From assembly GCA_013239625.1 (NCBI GenBank), contig MU053629.1, forward strand, positions 1,639,567-1,703,566: a stretch of 64,000 bases of DNA, in the 5' to 3' direction. The stretch's first letter is position 1. Every line of letters starts with the position of its first letter. Source of the DNA: Lama guanicoe. Lineage: Eukaryota. The notes below the pieces were generated by a model. That model saw only the letters and a list, made by a program, of their open reading frames with translations. It was not told the origin of the DNA and did no database searches. Shown here in pieces: positions 37,461 to 49,407 of this stretch. Position numbers and translations under genes: made by a program.

Positions 37461-39831
37461 CTGGAAGAAAGGGAAAAAGAGAGACCGAGGGCAAGAGGGT
37501 CATGAGGTGCCAGGAATGGGGTCGTGCTGGGCAACCTGGGCAGAAGCACCTGTCAGGGGCCTGTAAGCCAAGGGATGGACCTAGAGGGGAAGCCTGTAGC
37601 TCTGCCCAGAGACCAGGGGTGGGCAGGATGGGGCGGGGAGGGACCTGAAATGGGACCTGCCTGGAGGTCTGCTTCCCAGGAGGAAGGAATGCAGGCGGAG
37701 CATCTCAGGGGAAACCAGGCACCAGGAGGGGCCAAATTATAATAATAATGAAAGTCATGTCTGGTGTCCTTTGTGGCTGCCACACAATCTAGACCACCTG
37801 GATAGCTGTTCTGTGGGCTGATGAGTCTCCTGAACTCAGCGCAGAGCCACAGGGACCACCCCACCAAGCTCTGAGGGCCGTGCCCTGTCTCCTCGGTCTG
37901 GCTTAGGCTGCACCTCTAGCCAGCCTTGCCGTGTTGTCTTTCCAGGGAAAAGGCTTCTGTGCTCCGATTTTATGAAAGAGAAGAAGAGCAAAGCACAGTC
38001 CATCAGCTTCTACGTGGCTAAGCCAGAGCAGAGGCAGCCACCCTGGCAGTCCCCATGCCTTTTCACTCAAGCCACACGGATCTAATCAAAGTATTAAAAC
38101 TATTGAAAGAAGTACTAATTCAGAAAGCCTTGTGCAAGTCATAAAAAAAATCTGTTGTCAGATGTTCAATTTTAAGCTTCCTAAACATAAGGACCTCTCT
38201 CATTTTTTTTTTAAGTCCCTTTGGGAAAACTGTATAATAGATTCCTGGGACCCATTCCTTTTTCACTTGTAGGGTGAGCCATTGAGCTGACGATGCTGAG
38301 TGTCTGAGTAAAAAGAGGACGGTTTTAAATGTTTGCACAAGGATAAAAATTAGGAAAGAGTTTTACATTCTTTTCAATTACTCTCTGTTCCTCTTTCCTA
38401 ATGGCCAGCAACTCAGCCTGAAAGGCATGCCAGCTGTCAGCCGTGTGCCTTCCCAGGGCCCTCTCTCCTTCTCCTAGCCTGCGCCAGCTGGAAATCCAAG
38501 GTCAAGATCAACTGTAGCCAAATACATCCTGGACCAAGCCCAGCTATAACAATAAAAATAACTCAAGCGCTGCTGAATAGCAACTTTTTAGCATGAGTCA
38601 GAGCCAGAAAATAAAAAAGTAAGCTAGGGAAAAGTCTGCTTGTCATTAATAGAGATTTTCAGAGGGAGCAAGTCCAGTCCCCTTTTACAGCAGACGAGGA
38701 AGGCAGCCAGAGAAGGGACACAGCTTGGCCGAAGGCACACAGTTGTTTTGGGCCTCCGGAGCCATAAATCCTCAAGTTCCAGACAACAGCAAGAACCAAG
38801 AAAAGTTCAGGCTGGTGTGCGGTGCGCAGGGGCTGTGCCAGGCCCTGGGATGCAGCCTGAGTGCTGTGTGCCCTGCGGCTGCCCAGGGCTGCCAGCCCAC
38901 CCACCTCAGGCCGCTGCCATCTAGCCTCTTCCTGAGCTCAGGGAGTCACCTTCTGTTCCCACTCATCCTAGACACTCCGGGGGCCCTCACCACACTCAGT
39001 GAGCAGTGGGAGGGTCTGTCAGGGAGCCAGCTGCAATACTAACACCACATTCTGTAGCACTGGCACCAAATTTCAGAGTCTACAAGAGGATTTTAAACAA
39101 TAATAGCTGCTCATACATACTGAGGGCTTAAAATGCCAGGCTCTAAGAATATGTCATCATTTAATCCTCATGACTACCCTATGAAATAGGAACTATTATT
39201 TACCCCATTTTACAAATGATGCCATTTTGGCACAGAGAGGTTAAGTAATTTCCTCAAGGTCACACAGCTCATAAGTGGCAGATTTGAATCGTGGCATTCT
39301 GGCTCCAGAGGCCATGCTCTTGATCATTATATTATAAGCCTCTCATTTTAAATGCACATAAAACTGCCCCCAAGCTAATCAAATATAAGATATCATTTAA
39401 TTATTATTTTTATTGGTAACCTAAGGCAAAACAGAAATGGGAAAATTGGGATAATGAATGTAAATCTTTCTGAAGCAGATCTTTGGCCTGTCAGGAACTG
39501 ATTTGGGATCACCTGTGGTAGTCTCATTATCCCACCACCATCCCTCACAGGCTACAAGTCCTCGGGGGAATGCTGGGGTCGGGGAGTGGCAGCAGCAGTC
39601 CCTCTGAAGGCCCACCAGGAAAGGACTCGAGATCCTCCAGAGGCCTCTGCTGCCCCCTGGGAGCGCCCCCTTCGCAGCACCACCCCAGTGGTCCCCCTGA
39701 ACACCCAACTTCCGCTGATCACACAGTGCAGAGCCTGCTGGAAACAGTTAAGCCCATCTGCTCCCTCCCACCCCTGAGCTCCAGGCCACACCCAGAATTC
39801 CGCCCAACCAGGGGGCACCACATTTACCCAC

Positions 39832-39915
39832 CAGGTCTGCATCTGGCCTCAGGTGCGCCTTCTTCATCAGGGAGCGGGTGAGGTGGTTACACAAGGAGAC
39901 GATGCTGAAAGAGAG
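39832..39915 (-). CDS. DAPK2: DAPK2 exon, 84 nt (LSFSIVSLCNHLTRSLMKKAHLRPDADL), calmodulin-binding region part 2
   Basis: cccag acceptor, gtgggt donor; contains the autoinhibitory autophosphorylation serine of RRRWKLS. Confidence 0.96.
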
Positions 39916-40029
39916 CTGGGGAGGGGTGGGGAGAGGAGAGGAACCTCCAGGTGAGAAAGTGCACAAAGACCCTGAAGGGAACCAGGAGCCCACCTGGGCC
40001 GCTGCCCCCACCCTTAAACCCTGACCCAC

Positions 40030-40119
40030 CTTCCACCTCCTGCGGACATACTGCTTCTTGAAGTTCTCCAGGTTGACCGCGGACTCCCTGCGCACCAGGG
40101 CTTGCTGGTGGTCCACAGG
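40030..40119 (-). CDS. DAPK2: DAPK2 exon, 90 nt (PVDHQQALVRRESAVNLENFKKQYVRRRWK), autoregulatory/calmodulin-binding region part 1
   Basis: cccag acceptor, gtgggt donor, phase 0 to 0; matches the recalled DAPK2 RRES...RRRWK segment. Confidence 0.96.
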
Positions 40120-40789
40120 CTGGGAGACAAAGCAGAGCAGGGTGGCTGACACTGGGCTTCCGACGGCACCCACCACCGCTGCAGAATCCCTGACCACACA
40201 CCACCCTCACCCTGACCCTAGGACCTCCCTTCTCAGCAGGGCACGCGGAAGAATGCTGCACTGAGATGTCTCAGCTGTCCCGGAGATGCCCTTGGCGCCC
40301 TGAGCTATTATTACCGCAGCCAGATGTGCACGCTGGCTGGGCTGGAGGCTCAGCCCCCCGAAGAGGAAGAGCAGGAGGCAGGGCCTTCAGTCATGGGTCA
40401 CTCTGGGGAGAGTCATTGTACAGCAGTCTAGGATGACCACGGTGCACTGGGCTGATTCTGGGCTTAGCAAAAGGGATGCCCTATTGACAGGGCACTAATA
40501 CTCCATTCAGAAATAAACTGAAGGAAATAGGGGCTTTGATGCGGGCCAAGAGGAAACAGGGTCATGCTCAGCTCAAATCCTGACTTCTCCAAAAAAACCT
40601 GACATGGCTTCTTTGAGCCTCAGTTTTCTCATCTGCAGTATGGGGATGATAAATAACATTGTGTCACAGGGTTGTTTAGGATTAAATGAATGTGGGATGT
40701 AAAGTGCTTCACTTAGAGCTGCTCAATAAATAGTAATAAATTACCGATAACCTGCCTTCCTTCTCCATTCCCTCCTTCTAAAAATTATT

Positions 40790-41432
40790 TTATTTGACTT
40801 TTTAAAATTGAAGTCCCATCAGTTACAACGTGTCAGTTTCTTGTGTGCAGCACACTGTCCCAGTCATGCATATACATATATATTCATTTTCATATTTTTT
40901 TCATTAAAGGTTATTACAAGATGTTGAGAATAGCTCCCTGTGCTATACAGCAGCAACTTTTTAAAATCTATTTTTATATATAGCGGCTAACATTTGTAAA
41001 TCTCAAACTCCCAAATTTATCTCTTCCCACCCCCTTTCCCCGGTAACTGAAGATTGTTTACTATGTCTGTGAGTCTGTTTCTGTTTTGTAGATGAGTTCA
41101 TAGTGTCTTTTTTTTCCTCTTTTTTTAGATTCCACGTATGAGTGATATTATATGGTATTTTTCTCTCTCTTTCTGGCTTTCTTCACTTAGAATGACAATC
41201 TTTAGGTCCATCCACGTTCCTGCAAATGGTGTTATTTTACCCTTCTTTATGGCTGAGTAGCATTCCATTGTATAAATGTACCACATCCTCTTTATCCAGT
41301 CATCTGTTGATGGACATTTAGGTTGCTTCCATGTCTTGGCTATTGTAAATAGTGCTGCTATGAACACTGGGGTGCAGGTGTCTTGTCAAACTAGAGTTCC
41401 CTCTGGATCTTTACCCAGAAGTGGGATTGATG
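40790..41432 (-). mobile_element. 5'-truncated LINE-1 (ORF2 end plus 3' UTR) in a DAPK2 intron
   Basis: ORF 41125..41367, MFIAALFTIAKTWKQPKCPSTDDWIKRMWYIYTMECYSAIKK, is the L1 ORF2 C-terminus. Confidence 0.92.
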
Positions 41433-41639
41433 GATCATCATTTGATTTTTTAGCAGCTTTATTAAGATATAATTGATACACAAATAAACTGGACATATTG
41501 AATGAATGAATACAATGTGAGGAGTCCATTCCCTCATGAATTCCTGCCTCTTAGTAAAACAAGGTTTTCCTAGATTGAGAAATCCAGAGATGGGCTTCAG
41601 GGATTCTGTGAACCTCAAGAAATGGTCTGCAAACCTTAG

Positions 41640-42136
41640 TGCATACACTTGTATGTGAATGTTCATAGCAGCATTATTCATAACAGCTAAAAACTGGAAA
41701 CAACCCAAATGTGCATCAGCTGATGAGTGAGCAACATGTGGTATAACCAGACAATGGAAAAACTGAATGGAAAACCCATTCATGAAAAGAATGAAGTACT
41801 GATAAATACTACAGCATGAATGAACCTTGAAAACAGCATACGAAATGAGAAAAGCCAGACACAAGAGGCCATGTAGTGTATGATTCTTTTTACATAAAAT
41901 GTCCAGAACAGGCATAGAGACAGAGAATAGATTAGTAGTTCCCAGAGCTGGAGGGAAGGGAGGAAGGGGAATGACTGAGAAAAGGCAGGAAGCTTTTTTA
42001 GGGGGTGATGAAAATGTCCTGGAGTTAGACAGTGATGATGGTTGCAGAACCTTGTGACTAAACTAAAAAGCACCAAATTGTACACTTTCAACTGGTGAAT
42101 TTTATAGTATGTGAATTATATCTCAATTAAAAAAAA
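41640..42136 (+). mobile_element. L1MB-like 3' fragment
   Basis: gaatgttcatagcagcattattcataacagc...gaattatatctcaattaaaaaaa. Confidence 0.8.
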
Positions 42137-45100
42137 TTTAGGGTATAGGTGCAGACATGTATTTCCCCTGAGAAGAGTCAATAGCTTCCATCGAGTCCCA
42201 AAGGATTCCGTGACCTCAAGAAAATGAATCCCCCAGGATGACCCGCGAGGTCCCAGCCAGCTCTATCTTTCTCTCTGCTCTGACAGCCTCCTCACAGCAG
42301 GACCTCCTCTGGCACCTCAGTGATTGCAGAGTGAGGTCGCACATTGATTCTTGATGCTGGTCTTGTCTCCTAACCACACTGCAAGCACACCTCCGTGCTT
42401 GTTTATTTTTCATCATGGCTTCAGGCAACAGGGGAAGCTGGTACATACAGCTGGCCCTCACGGCTCTGGACTTGACATCTTCAGGCAGGAGGCCCTTTCC
42501 ATGTTCACCAGACCTCCCTCCTCCATGACCCCTTCCAAGATAACTTCCAAGAAGCAATGTCTCTCTCTGTCTCCCTGACATGACCAAAACACCCGTGTGC
42601 TCCTTGATTTTATAGAAGGCCTATCTCAGAGCCCTGCAGCGGAGTCATCCCACTAGCAGAAAACAACAGGAAGAATTTTCTTCATGTTTTTGTCATTGTT
42701 TCCTACCCCACCCCCTCCTGACCCAGAGCATGCAACAGTGGGTGCTCAAGAGTTGTCTGGTTAAATAACAGTGGATACTTAAGAATTGTCTGGTTAAATT
42801 CTCTGAGCTGCTGCTGAATCAAAAGCAGCACAGTCCCAAGACCTGGGACTTGCTCATTCTCGCCAGTGAGAGGCCCAGGCACGTGGATCAGCCCAGTTAC
42901 GAGACCATGAAAGGGCATCGTGACACCACTACTCCCCACAGCTCTGCCTGGGAGGCAGCGAGATGTCGTTCTGAGTCCAGGGGAGGTTAGGGAGCAGGGA
43001 GGAGAGAGCACGCAACCGTGACACAGAGAGGAGCCAGGGGCTAGGTGCCCTCCCAAACTGGAGCACAGTGGTTTGGGCCAAAGAGTGCAGGAGGGGAGAC
43101 AGGAGGGAAAGGAGGAAGGCGGAGAGGAAAGAGAAAAGGATGAGGGCGCTGAGGGGACCATCAGGTCAGGCCCAGCTCTCCCAGCGCTTTCCTTAACCGC
43201 CCCTCACCACCCCCACCCCCGCAAGCCCAGCCCTGGGTCTAGGTCCCGCCTAGAAGAGACACTCAAAAGAGGGCAGAAGGCAACTAGTTGTGCTGAGCTT
43301 GCCTTTTCCTGGCATCAGAGCCTTCCGGTAGCTTCCCGGCCCGACAAGCTCACCAGGGACCCCAAGGCCTGTACCATCTGGGGCCTTCTCTGACCTGACT
43401 TCCTCCCCTTCTCCTTCCTGTCCCCGTGGCTCTCACTGCATGGGTCTGCTTGCTGGTCCAGGAACCCAAGGTCTCAGGATCTTTGCCCTTGTTCTTTCTT
43501 CTATTTATTCTGTCACTTTGTTCAGGACTTTGCTCAAATGTCACCTCCTCAGGGAGGCCTTCCCCGACCACCCCATGTAAAGTAGCACCCCAGCTGCCCT
43601 ACACAACGCACTGTGCCTCCGCCCTGGTTCTTCACAGCACCTGTCTGGACTTACTTGTTTCTTGTTAATCCCCCTTCCCCATACCTCTCAGCAACCAGTA
43701 TCTCCTTCCAAGGTGACTAGCACCCTGCCTCCCCAACCCACAGAACATTTCTACCTCTAACTGCATTAATGTCTGCAACTGACCTGTGGTCTAACCCTTG
43801 CAGGGGACACTCATGCACTTCACTTGGAGAGTTTGATGAGCTGGAATTAGGAGACTCTGGGAGCGAAGGGCCTCTTTTCGTTCAGCTACAAATTGGCACC
43901 CTTGCCAGGAGAGAGAGAGATGGCTAAATCCCATGGCTGGAAGGTCAACACTCAGGCTAGGGGGATCCCATCGGAGAGAATCCCACCTTCCAACTGCTTC
44001 AGCAGTGCCAGCGACTAAGCAGAGATGTCCAACTAAAATACCACGTGGGACCATTCCCAGGGGGCGTTAACGGGAGGCAGTTACTTCCAGGGCCCTGTCT
44101 TGAATGCTACACAAAACAGCATGAACTCTGAGGAAGAGGCCACCGGCCTGCAAATCTGTCAGGCTGGCCTTTCCTCATCAGTGGACCTCGCTGGTTGCTA
44201 AGAGGCTCACTGAATGCTGACACTGTCATCCAGGCCCTGAAGTCAGAGAGATGTAAATTCTGCAGTGAAATCGATTCCCAGAAAGAACTTGGCACCAATG
44301 CTTTGGATTAAGTGGAGGGGGCGAGGGGCGATGGAGTCGTGTTCCACCTTCTCCTGACCCTCCCCTTTCTGCAAACAAACAGCGCCTGACTTCCAACCTT
44401 GTGGCCCCTTGACAATAACAAGAGTGTGGGCAATTTGCACCGGGCTCCTAGGAGTATATTTAGTGTCTCAGAAAAATGTCAGGAAGGGAGGAAAGAAGAC
44501 AGAATGCTGTGGCTAAAGTCAGGTTTCATTTATGTACATGCAAGTGTCTCGGAAAAATTCCGTCGGGGTGAGCGACGTCAGCACCGACATCCACAGAGCA
44601 GGGGGATGAAGCAGCAGCCACCCTCTCAGGCAGAGACCCAGAACCCTGGCTTTACAGGAGAGGCACTCCCGAAGACTTTCTCTAAATACCTGGCCTCTGC
44701 TAGAAACCGCAAACAGATTACAGCTTCTCAAACCTCCATCTGTGTCACTTCTCCAGCCCCAACCTCCACTGAGAGCCACGGACACCTGAGCCCCCACTTC
44801 CCTCTCCTGCCCAGGTCGGTCACTCTGGGCCTCCTTCATCTCCCTCAGTGGAGTCTCTCTGGACGTGGCACCTCCACCTCTCCTTTATGCTGGCTGGAGC
44901 CTGAGCGCTGCTGGCCTCACCTCCCTGGTTGCCCAGGAAAGGAGCACATAAGGCTTATAGGTGTCCGAGTCTCTGCCTCCTTCTGTGTGCATGGGGAGAG
45001 GGGGAGAGCTGCAGAAAGGCTGTGTTCCTGCAGGCTGTCCCTACGTCGAACAAGCCAATGGAAAGAGGTAGGTATGCCCCTTCCCTTGCCTGACCCGGCC

Positions 45101-47891
45101 TTACTTTTCTGAGTTAGGTCCTGACATATATACAATGTCACTTTTAATCTTCTCTCCAGGACCTTCAGTTTCCTGAGCAATTTTTCATCCCCAGGAGAAG
45201 CTTCAAAAGCTTTCCCTCCTGTACTGAAGACAAGAGACTTGAGAGCCATACCAACCAACCTCATGTGTGGACCGTGTCTGGATCCCAGTTTGAACAAACC
45301 AACTATAACACGACACCCTTTAGGAAAGTGGGGGCTTGTGAGTTCAGAATGTGTGTCCAGATGATAACAAGTAATTATTCCTGATTTTGTCAGGTGTGAT
45401 AATGGCGCAGTGATCATAGTAAAAAGACACTCCTTATCAGAGGTTCCTGCTGAAGAACTTATGAGTTAAGTTAGTGTGAAGTTTGCTTTAAAATATTTTG
45501 AAGCTGGGTAATAGGTACATGGAATTCACACTGCCATTCTTTGGTGCAAGTTTTCAAAGTTTCCCATAACAAACCGTTAAAAACAAAACCCCTCCTTCTT
45601 TTAGATCTCTGTAATCTCTTTTTCTTTAATCTCCATTTAACACGTCCACGTTCCTGGCCCCAGTCTGGGCTCAGCCCCATCCCTCCAAATTCTCCCTGCA
45701 CCTTCCCCACAAGGCTGCAGCTTGGAGGGGAGTGTCGTGGGGAAGACCTTCTCTGAGAACGTTTCTGCCCTCTGCCTCCCCTCTTACTCTTTCTCAATCA
45801 GAATTCATGTCTCTCCTGTTTTCTGGACTATCAGGTACCTGTTTTGTCACTCACCACGGCCTTCGCCACTTCCCAGTTGGTTGGGGCCCCATCTATCCCA
45901 GACACTGAGACTTTTATTCAGGGGTTGTCTCCGCCTTATCTGTCACCTCCCTCCAGAGCCTGAGTACAACCAGTGTTTGTTCAATGAACTTGCCACTTCT
46001 GCTCCTCAAATATGCCCATGGCTGGGTCTCTTCTCCAGGGCAAAGAATCTTCTCCAAAGAGTTTCACAGACAAAGGAGAAAAGGCCATTCAGTTCCACAG
46101 ACATTTACAGAGGCGGACAGTGAGGTGGTAGCTGAGCACACAGCCACCACCCACGTGGGCCCATTTCGCTGAGTGATGGAGTGAGGCAGGTAGCGTCATC
46201 TTCATAATCACTTGTACCAGAGGATGGGTGGTACCGGGAGGGGGTTCACGGAGGAGACTGTGGCTTTATTTACTCCTGCCATTATTACTCTGCTCTGTCC
46301 CTTCACTGCCAGCCCAGCCTGTGCATCTGCAGAATCACCAACTGCTCATCATGTCCACCTTTCCCCACGCAAAGCTGTGCCCCGTGCTTCCACCTCAGAG
46401 CAGGGACAGCCTGCTGCCCTCCCCAGGCGCCCACTCTCCAGCCTCCTTGGGAATCATTGTGCAGGAGGATGTCACACACTCACCCTGCCCTCCCCAGGAT
46501 GGCATTTACACAGAGTACAGAGAGACTGACCTTTCATTCAAGCAGAGTGAATGAAAAGATCCTCTGTGACGGCAAATGGGCCAGCCCAGAGAGCAGTGCC
46601 CCCCAGGCCTTCCCCTGTCTAGGTACCAAGGAAACACCCCATCCGGCCACCACAGCCCCGCCCCGCCCTGTCCTTGATGTCACTGTTAAAGTGCCAGCAG
46701 TGGGGGAGTGGGCAGGAATCAAGCAGGTCCTCCAGCTGGGCGGTCCCCAGGCCTCCTTGGGCTCCCTGGGCACCAGGTTCTGATGCCAAAGGATGATGGG
46801 AGTTGGACCAGCCAGGTGACAAAAGAAGGTCACGATCTTCTCTGATTTCCCTGAAAGACTAGGGGGCATTTTTCACTTCACTATGCTTTGTCTTTGGAAA
46901 CTCTTAGTACAGAGAAGAGTCTGCTCATAAAACATCTAAACGACAAGTTGTTACCCACGACTGGACAACAACACAGAAAAAACGATTCCATTCCTGTGAG
47001 GAAAACCACTGACGGTTCTGACCCAGCTCTGGGGCTGAATCGCCAGGTGACTCTAGACAAATCCTCTCCTGTAAAAACAGGGCAGCTGGTGGTTCACCTC
47101 TGAGGACCACCCAGTACAGACAGTATGTAGCTAATGCCAGGATTCTAAAGTAACTGCTTCTCCCTGGCTTTTCCCAGTCTCTCTAATTCAGATCATCATC
47201 AACACCCTACTCCTTTACTGCATTTTATTTTCACCTTCACAAGAAAGTTTGCCCTGAGTTGCTCAATTGGGGGCTTCCTTTTCTTCGGAAACCTGTTGAC
47301 TTGGCCAAAGGGACCGTTAATCCTTGCAGTGTCTTAGGTCAAATGAATACATCATGTCAAGCGACAGGGTAGGAAAGTTCTTGGAGGGATTGTAGACAGG
47401 TCGTTTGTATCAATTCTCCCAGGCGGCAGGGCACAGGGAACAGGGCTTCGCCATCCTCTGTTAATTCCAAGATGCACATTTTTGGATCTCTGAAATCAGG
47501 ACTTATCTCCCAATCAATGACATCGTATCTTTACTGTGGGTCTGAAGTGAAGGCAGGTGTTCCAAGAGATGACCACACTGCTTCCGCCAACCCTTGGGGC
47601 CACCCAGCCTCAGACCACTTGGCATTAGATTCTCTGCTTGAGGTTCTTTCGGATCCCACTGACTGTGCAAATGCAGAAAGCAAACTTGCATGAGGACCAC
47701 AGACCTGGGGCTCCTATTCTCAGGTGAGGATTTCTCCATCCTTCTACCCAGTGTCAAGGTTGAGACACACATGTTCCCTTGCCTTCCCTCTCTGCCTGGT
47801 GGCTTTGTTTCTCATCTAGTCTCTCAGTGAGGGTGTCCTAGCTTTGTGGGGGGGCGTCCCCTATTGGACTTTCCATCTTGGGCTTTTTTTC

Positions 47892-47897
47892 TTTATT
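47892..47897 (-). terminator. Candidate polyadenylation signal (AATAAA) for the alternative ZIPK-like terminal exon
   Basis: Minus-strand AATAAA about 900 nt past the TGA at 48799; a variant ATTAAA lies at 48060-48065. Confidence 0.35.
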
Positions 47898-47926
47898 TTA
47901 AGGTCATAAAAAATGATACATCTTTT

Positions 47927-48044
47927 GGGGGGAGGGTATAGCTCAAGTGGTACAATGCATGCTTAGTATACACAAGGTCCTGGGTTCAATCCCCAGTACC
48001 TCCACCAAAAATAAATAAATAAGGCAACCTAACTACTCTCCCCC
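47927..48044 (+). mobile_element. tRNA-derived SINE (Vic-1-like) with a 17-bp TSD
   Basis: A and B boxes present; aaaatgatacatctttt at 47910-47926 and 48045-48061. Confidence 0.92.
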
Positions 48045-48798
48045 AAAATGATACATCTTTTTAATATTAAGGTGGATTTTTACAGCAAAGCCTCACTCTT
48101 TCTTCCTATAATGACCTTATAGAATCTGGCATCCTGGGTTTCAGTTTCATTTGTATCAACTAGCAATGAATGACCCTGAGTAAGTCATTTTCGCTCTCTG
48201 AATCAATTTCCTCATCAGTTACATGGACATAAAAGTAACATCAATAATAATACCACCTACCTTCCTGGCTCACCGAATTCTCTCAAGGACCAATGACCTA
48301 AATGCTTGTTAAGGGAAAAGTCCATGTAGATGAAAAGGAACATTTTCTCTGTGCATTTAAAGTCCCTCCTTCAGCAGCAGGAAAGCACCAAGCTGACTGA
48401 CTCTTACCCCTAGCTAACTCAAACATTACCCAAGACCTGCAAATCCGTAAGGTGGGAAGTGAGATGCCAACAAATCCATTATCACAAATCAATTATCAAG
48501 CATCTCCCCCGGGCCAGCCATCCTCTCTCTAGAGAAGGGTATGCTGAGGGGTATTCATTCTCAGTCGTTTTAACAGCTTCGCTGCCCTGCCAGCCACCCT
48601 CCCAGAAAACCAGGTTGCTGAGAGGAGGTGCAGAACGAATAACTACCTAGCACTTCCGTGATTCTGGATTCTGTGAAGCAGGTGGAAGACTACGCTACAG
48701 ACACACACCCCTGCAGGATAATTCTAGTCGATGCCCCAGCAGTTGGCAACAGGTTTCAGCAAACCATCCAGGATGCATTACTGACTCGATTCTGGTGC

Positions 48799-49407
48799 TC
48801 AGAGCTTCAAGCTGGCCAAGACTTCCTCGCTGCATGATCTGCTAAGCAGTTCCCCTGGGGAGTCCCCGGCGTCCCGGCGGAACACGGAGCCCAGGCTGTC
48901 CACGCTCCCACTCTCCAGCTGGAAGCTGCCCACCAGTTCCTGGAGCCACTGTAGGTCTGCCGAGAGCTCCTGCTTCAGAGCATCAAACCGCGCCTGCAGA
49001 TGGTCCAGTTTCCTGGCCATGCTTCCGAGGCCATACCCCGTGGCCCGGATGTCCTCTCGCAGGAGCTTCTTCAAGGACTCCACTTTGCGGAACTCGTACC
49101 TGAGCTGGGACAGGTCGTGCCGGGCGCTCTCGCTCTCTTCTCGGTACCAAGCCTCCTTCTCATTGTAGATGGAGACCAGGGTCTCCACATCGTCCTGGAT
49201 GGTGTCGTGGGCCCCCGCCAAGGCACGGCACCCCTGGTCCACCCTAGCCACATCCTCCACCACTCGGGCAAAACGCTCAAAGTTGACGTAGGTGTTGTTG
49301 GGGGGCATGCTTGAGTGGCATTTGAGGGTGTACTCTCTCAGGCGCTTGGTCTTCAGCTGGGCGGGCTCTGCCTTCTGCTGTTCTGGGGTTCTGATCTCTC
49401 CTTTGGA
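48799..49407 (-). CDS. DAPK2: Alternative terminal coding exon of DAPK2 encoding a 202-aa ZIPK/DAPK3-like tail (DRP-1beta type)
   Basis: caccag| acceptor at 49410-49408, phase 0, open frame of 609 nt to TGA. Translation SKGEIRTPEQQKAEPAQLKTKRLREYTLKCHSSMPPNNTYVNFERF...IYNEKEAWYREES...LSADLQWLQELV resembles the recalled ZIPK tail (RLKEYTIKSHSSLPPNNSYADFERF, IYEEKEAWYREES). Confidence 0.92.
   Translation of the reverse strand, partial: SKGEIRTPEQQKAEPAQLKTKRLREYTLKCHSSMPPNNTYVNFERFARVVEDVARVDQGCRALAGAHDTIQDDVETLVSIYNEKEAWYREESESARHDLSQLRYEFRKVESLKKLLREDIRATGYGLGSMARKLDHLQARFDALKQELSADLQWLQELVGSFQLESGSVDSLGSVFRRDAGDSPGELLSRSCSEEVLASLKL

Noticed and set aside
47927..48005. tRNA gene
   Set aside because: The tRNA-like head with A and B boxes has an A-rich tail, a TSD and several diverged copies in the window, so it is a SINE.
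49000..49314. Plus-strand 104-aa ORF over the alternative exon
   Set aside because: Antisense shadow of a GC-rich coding exon.
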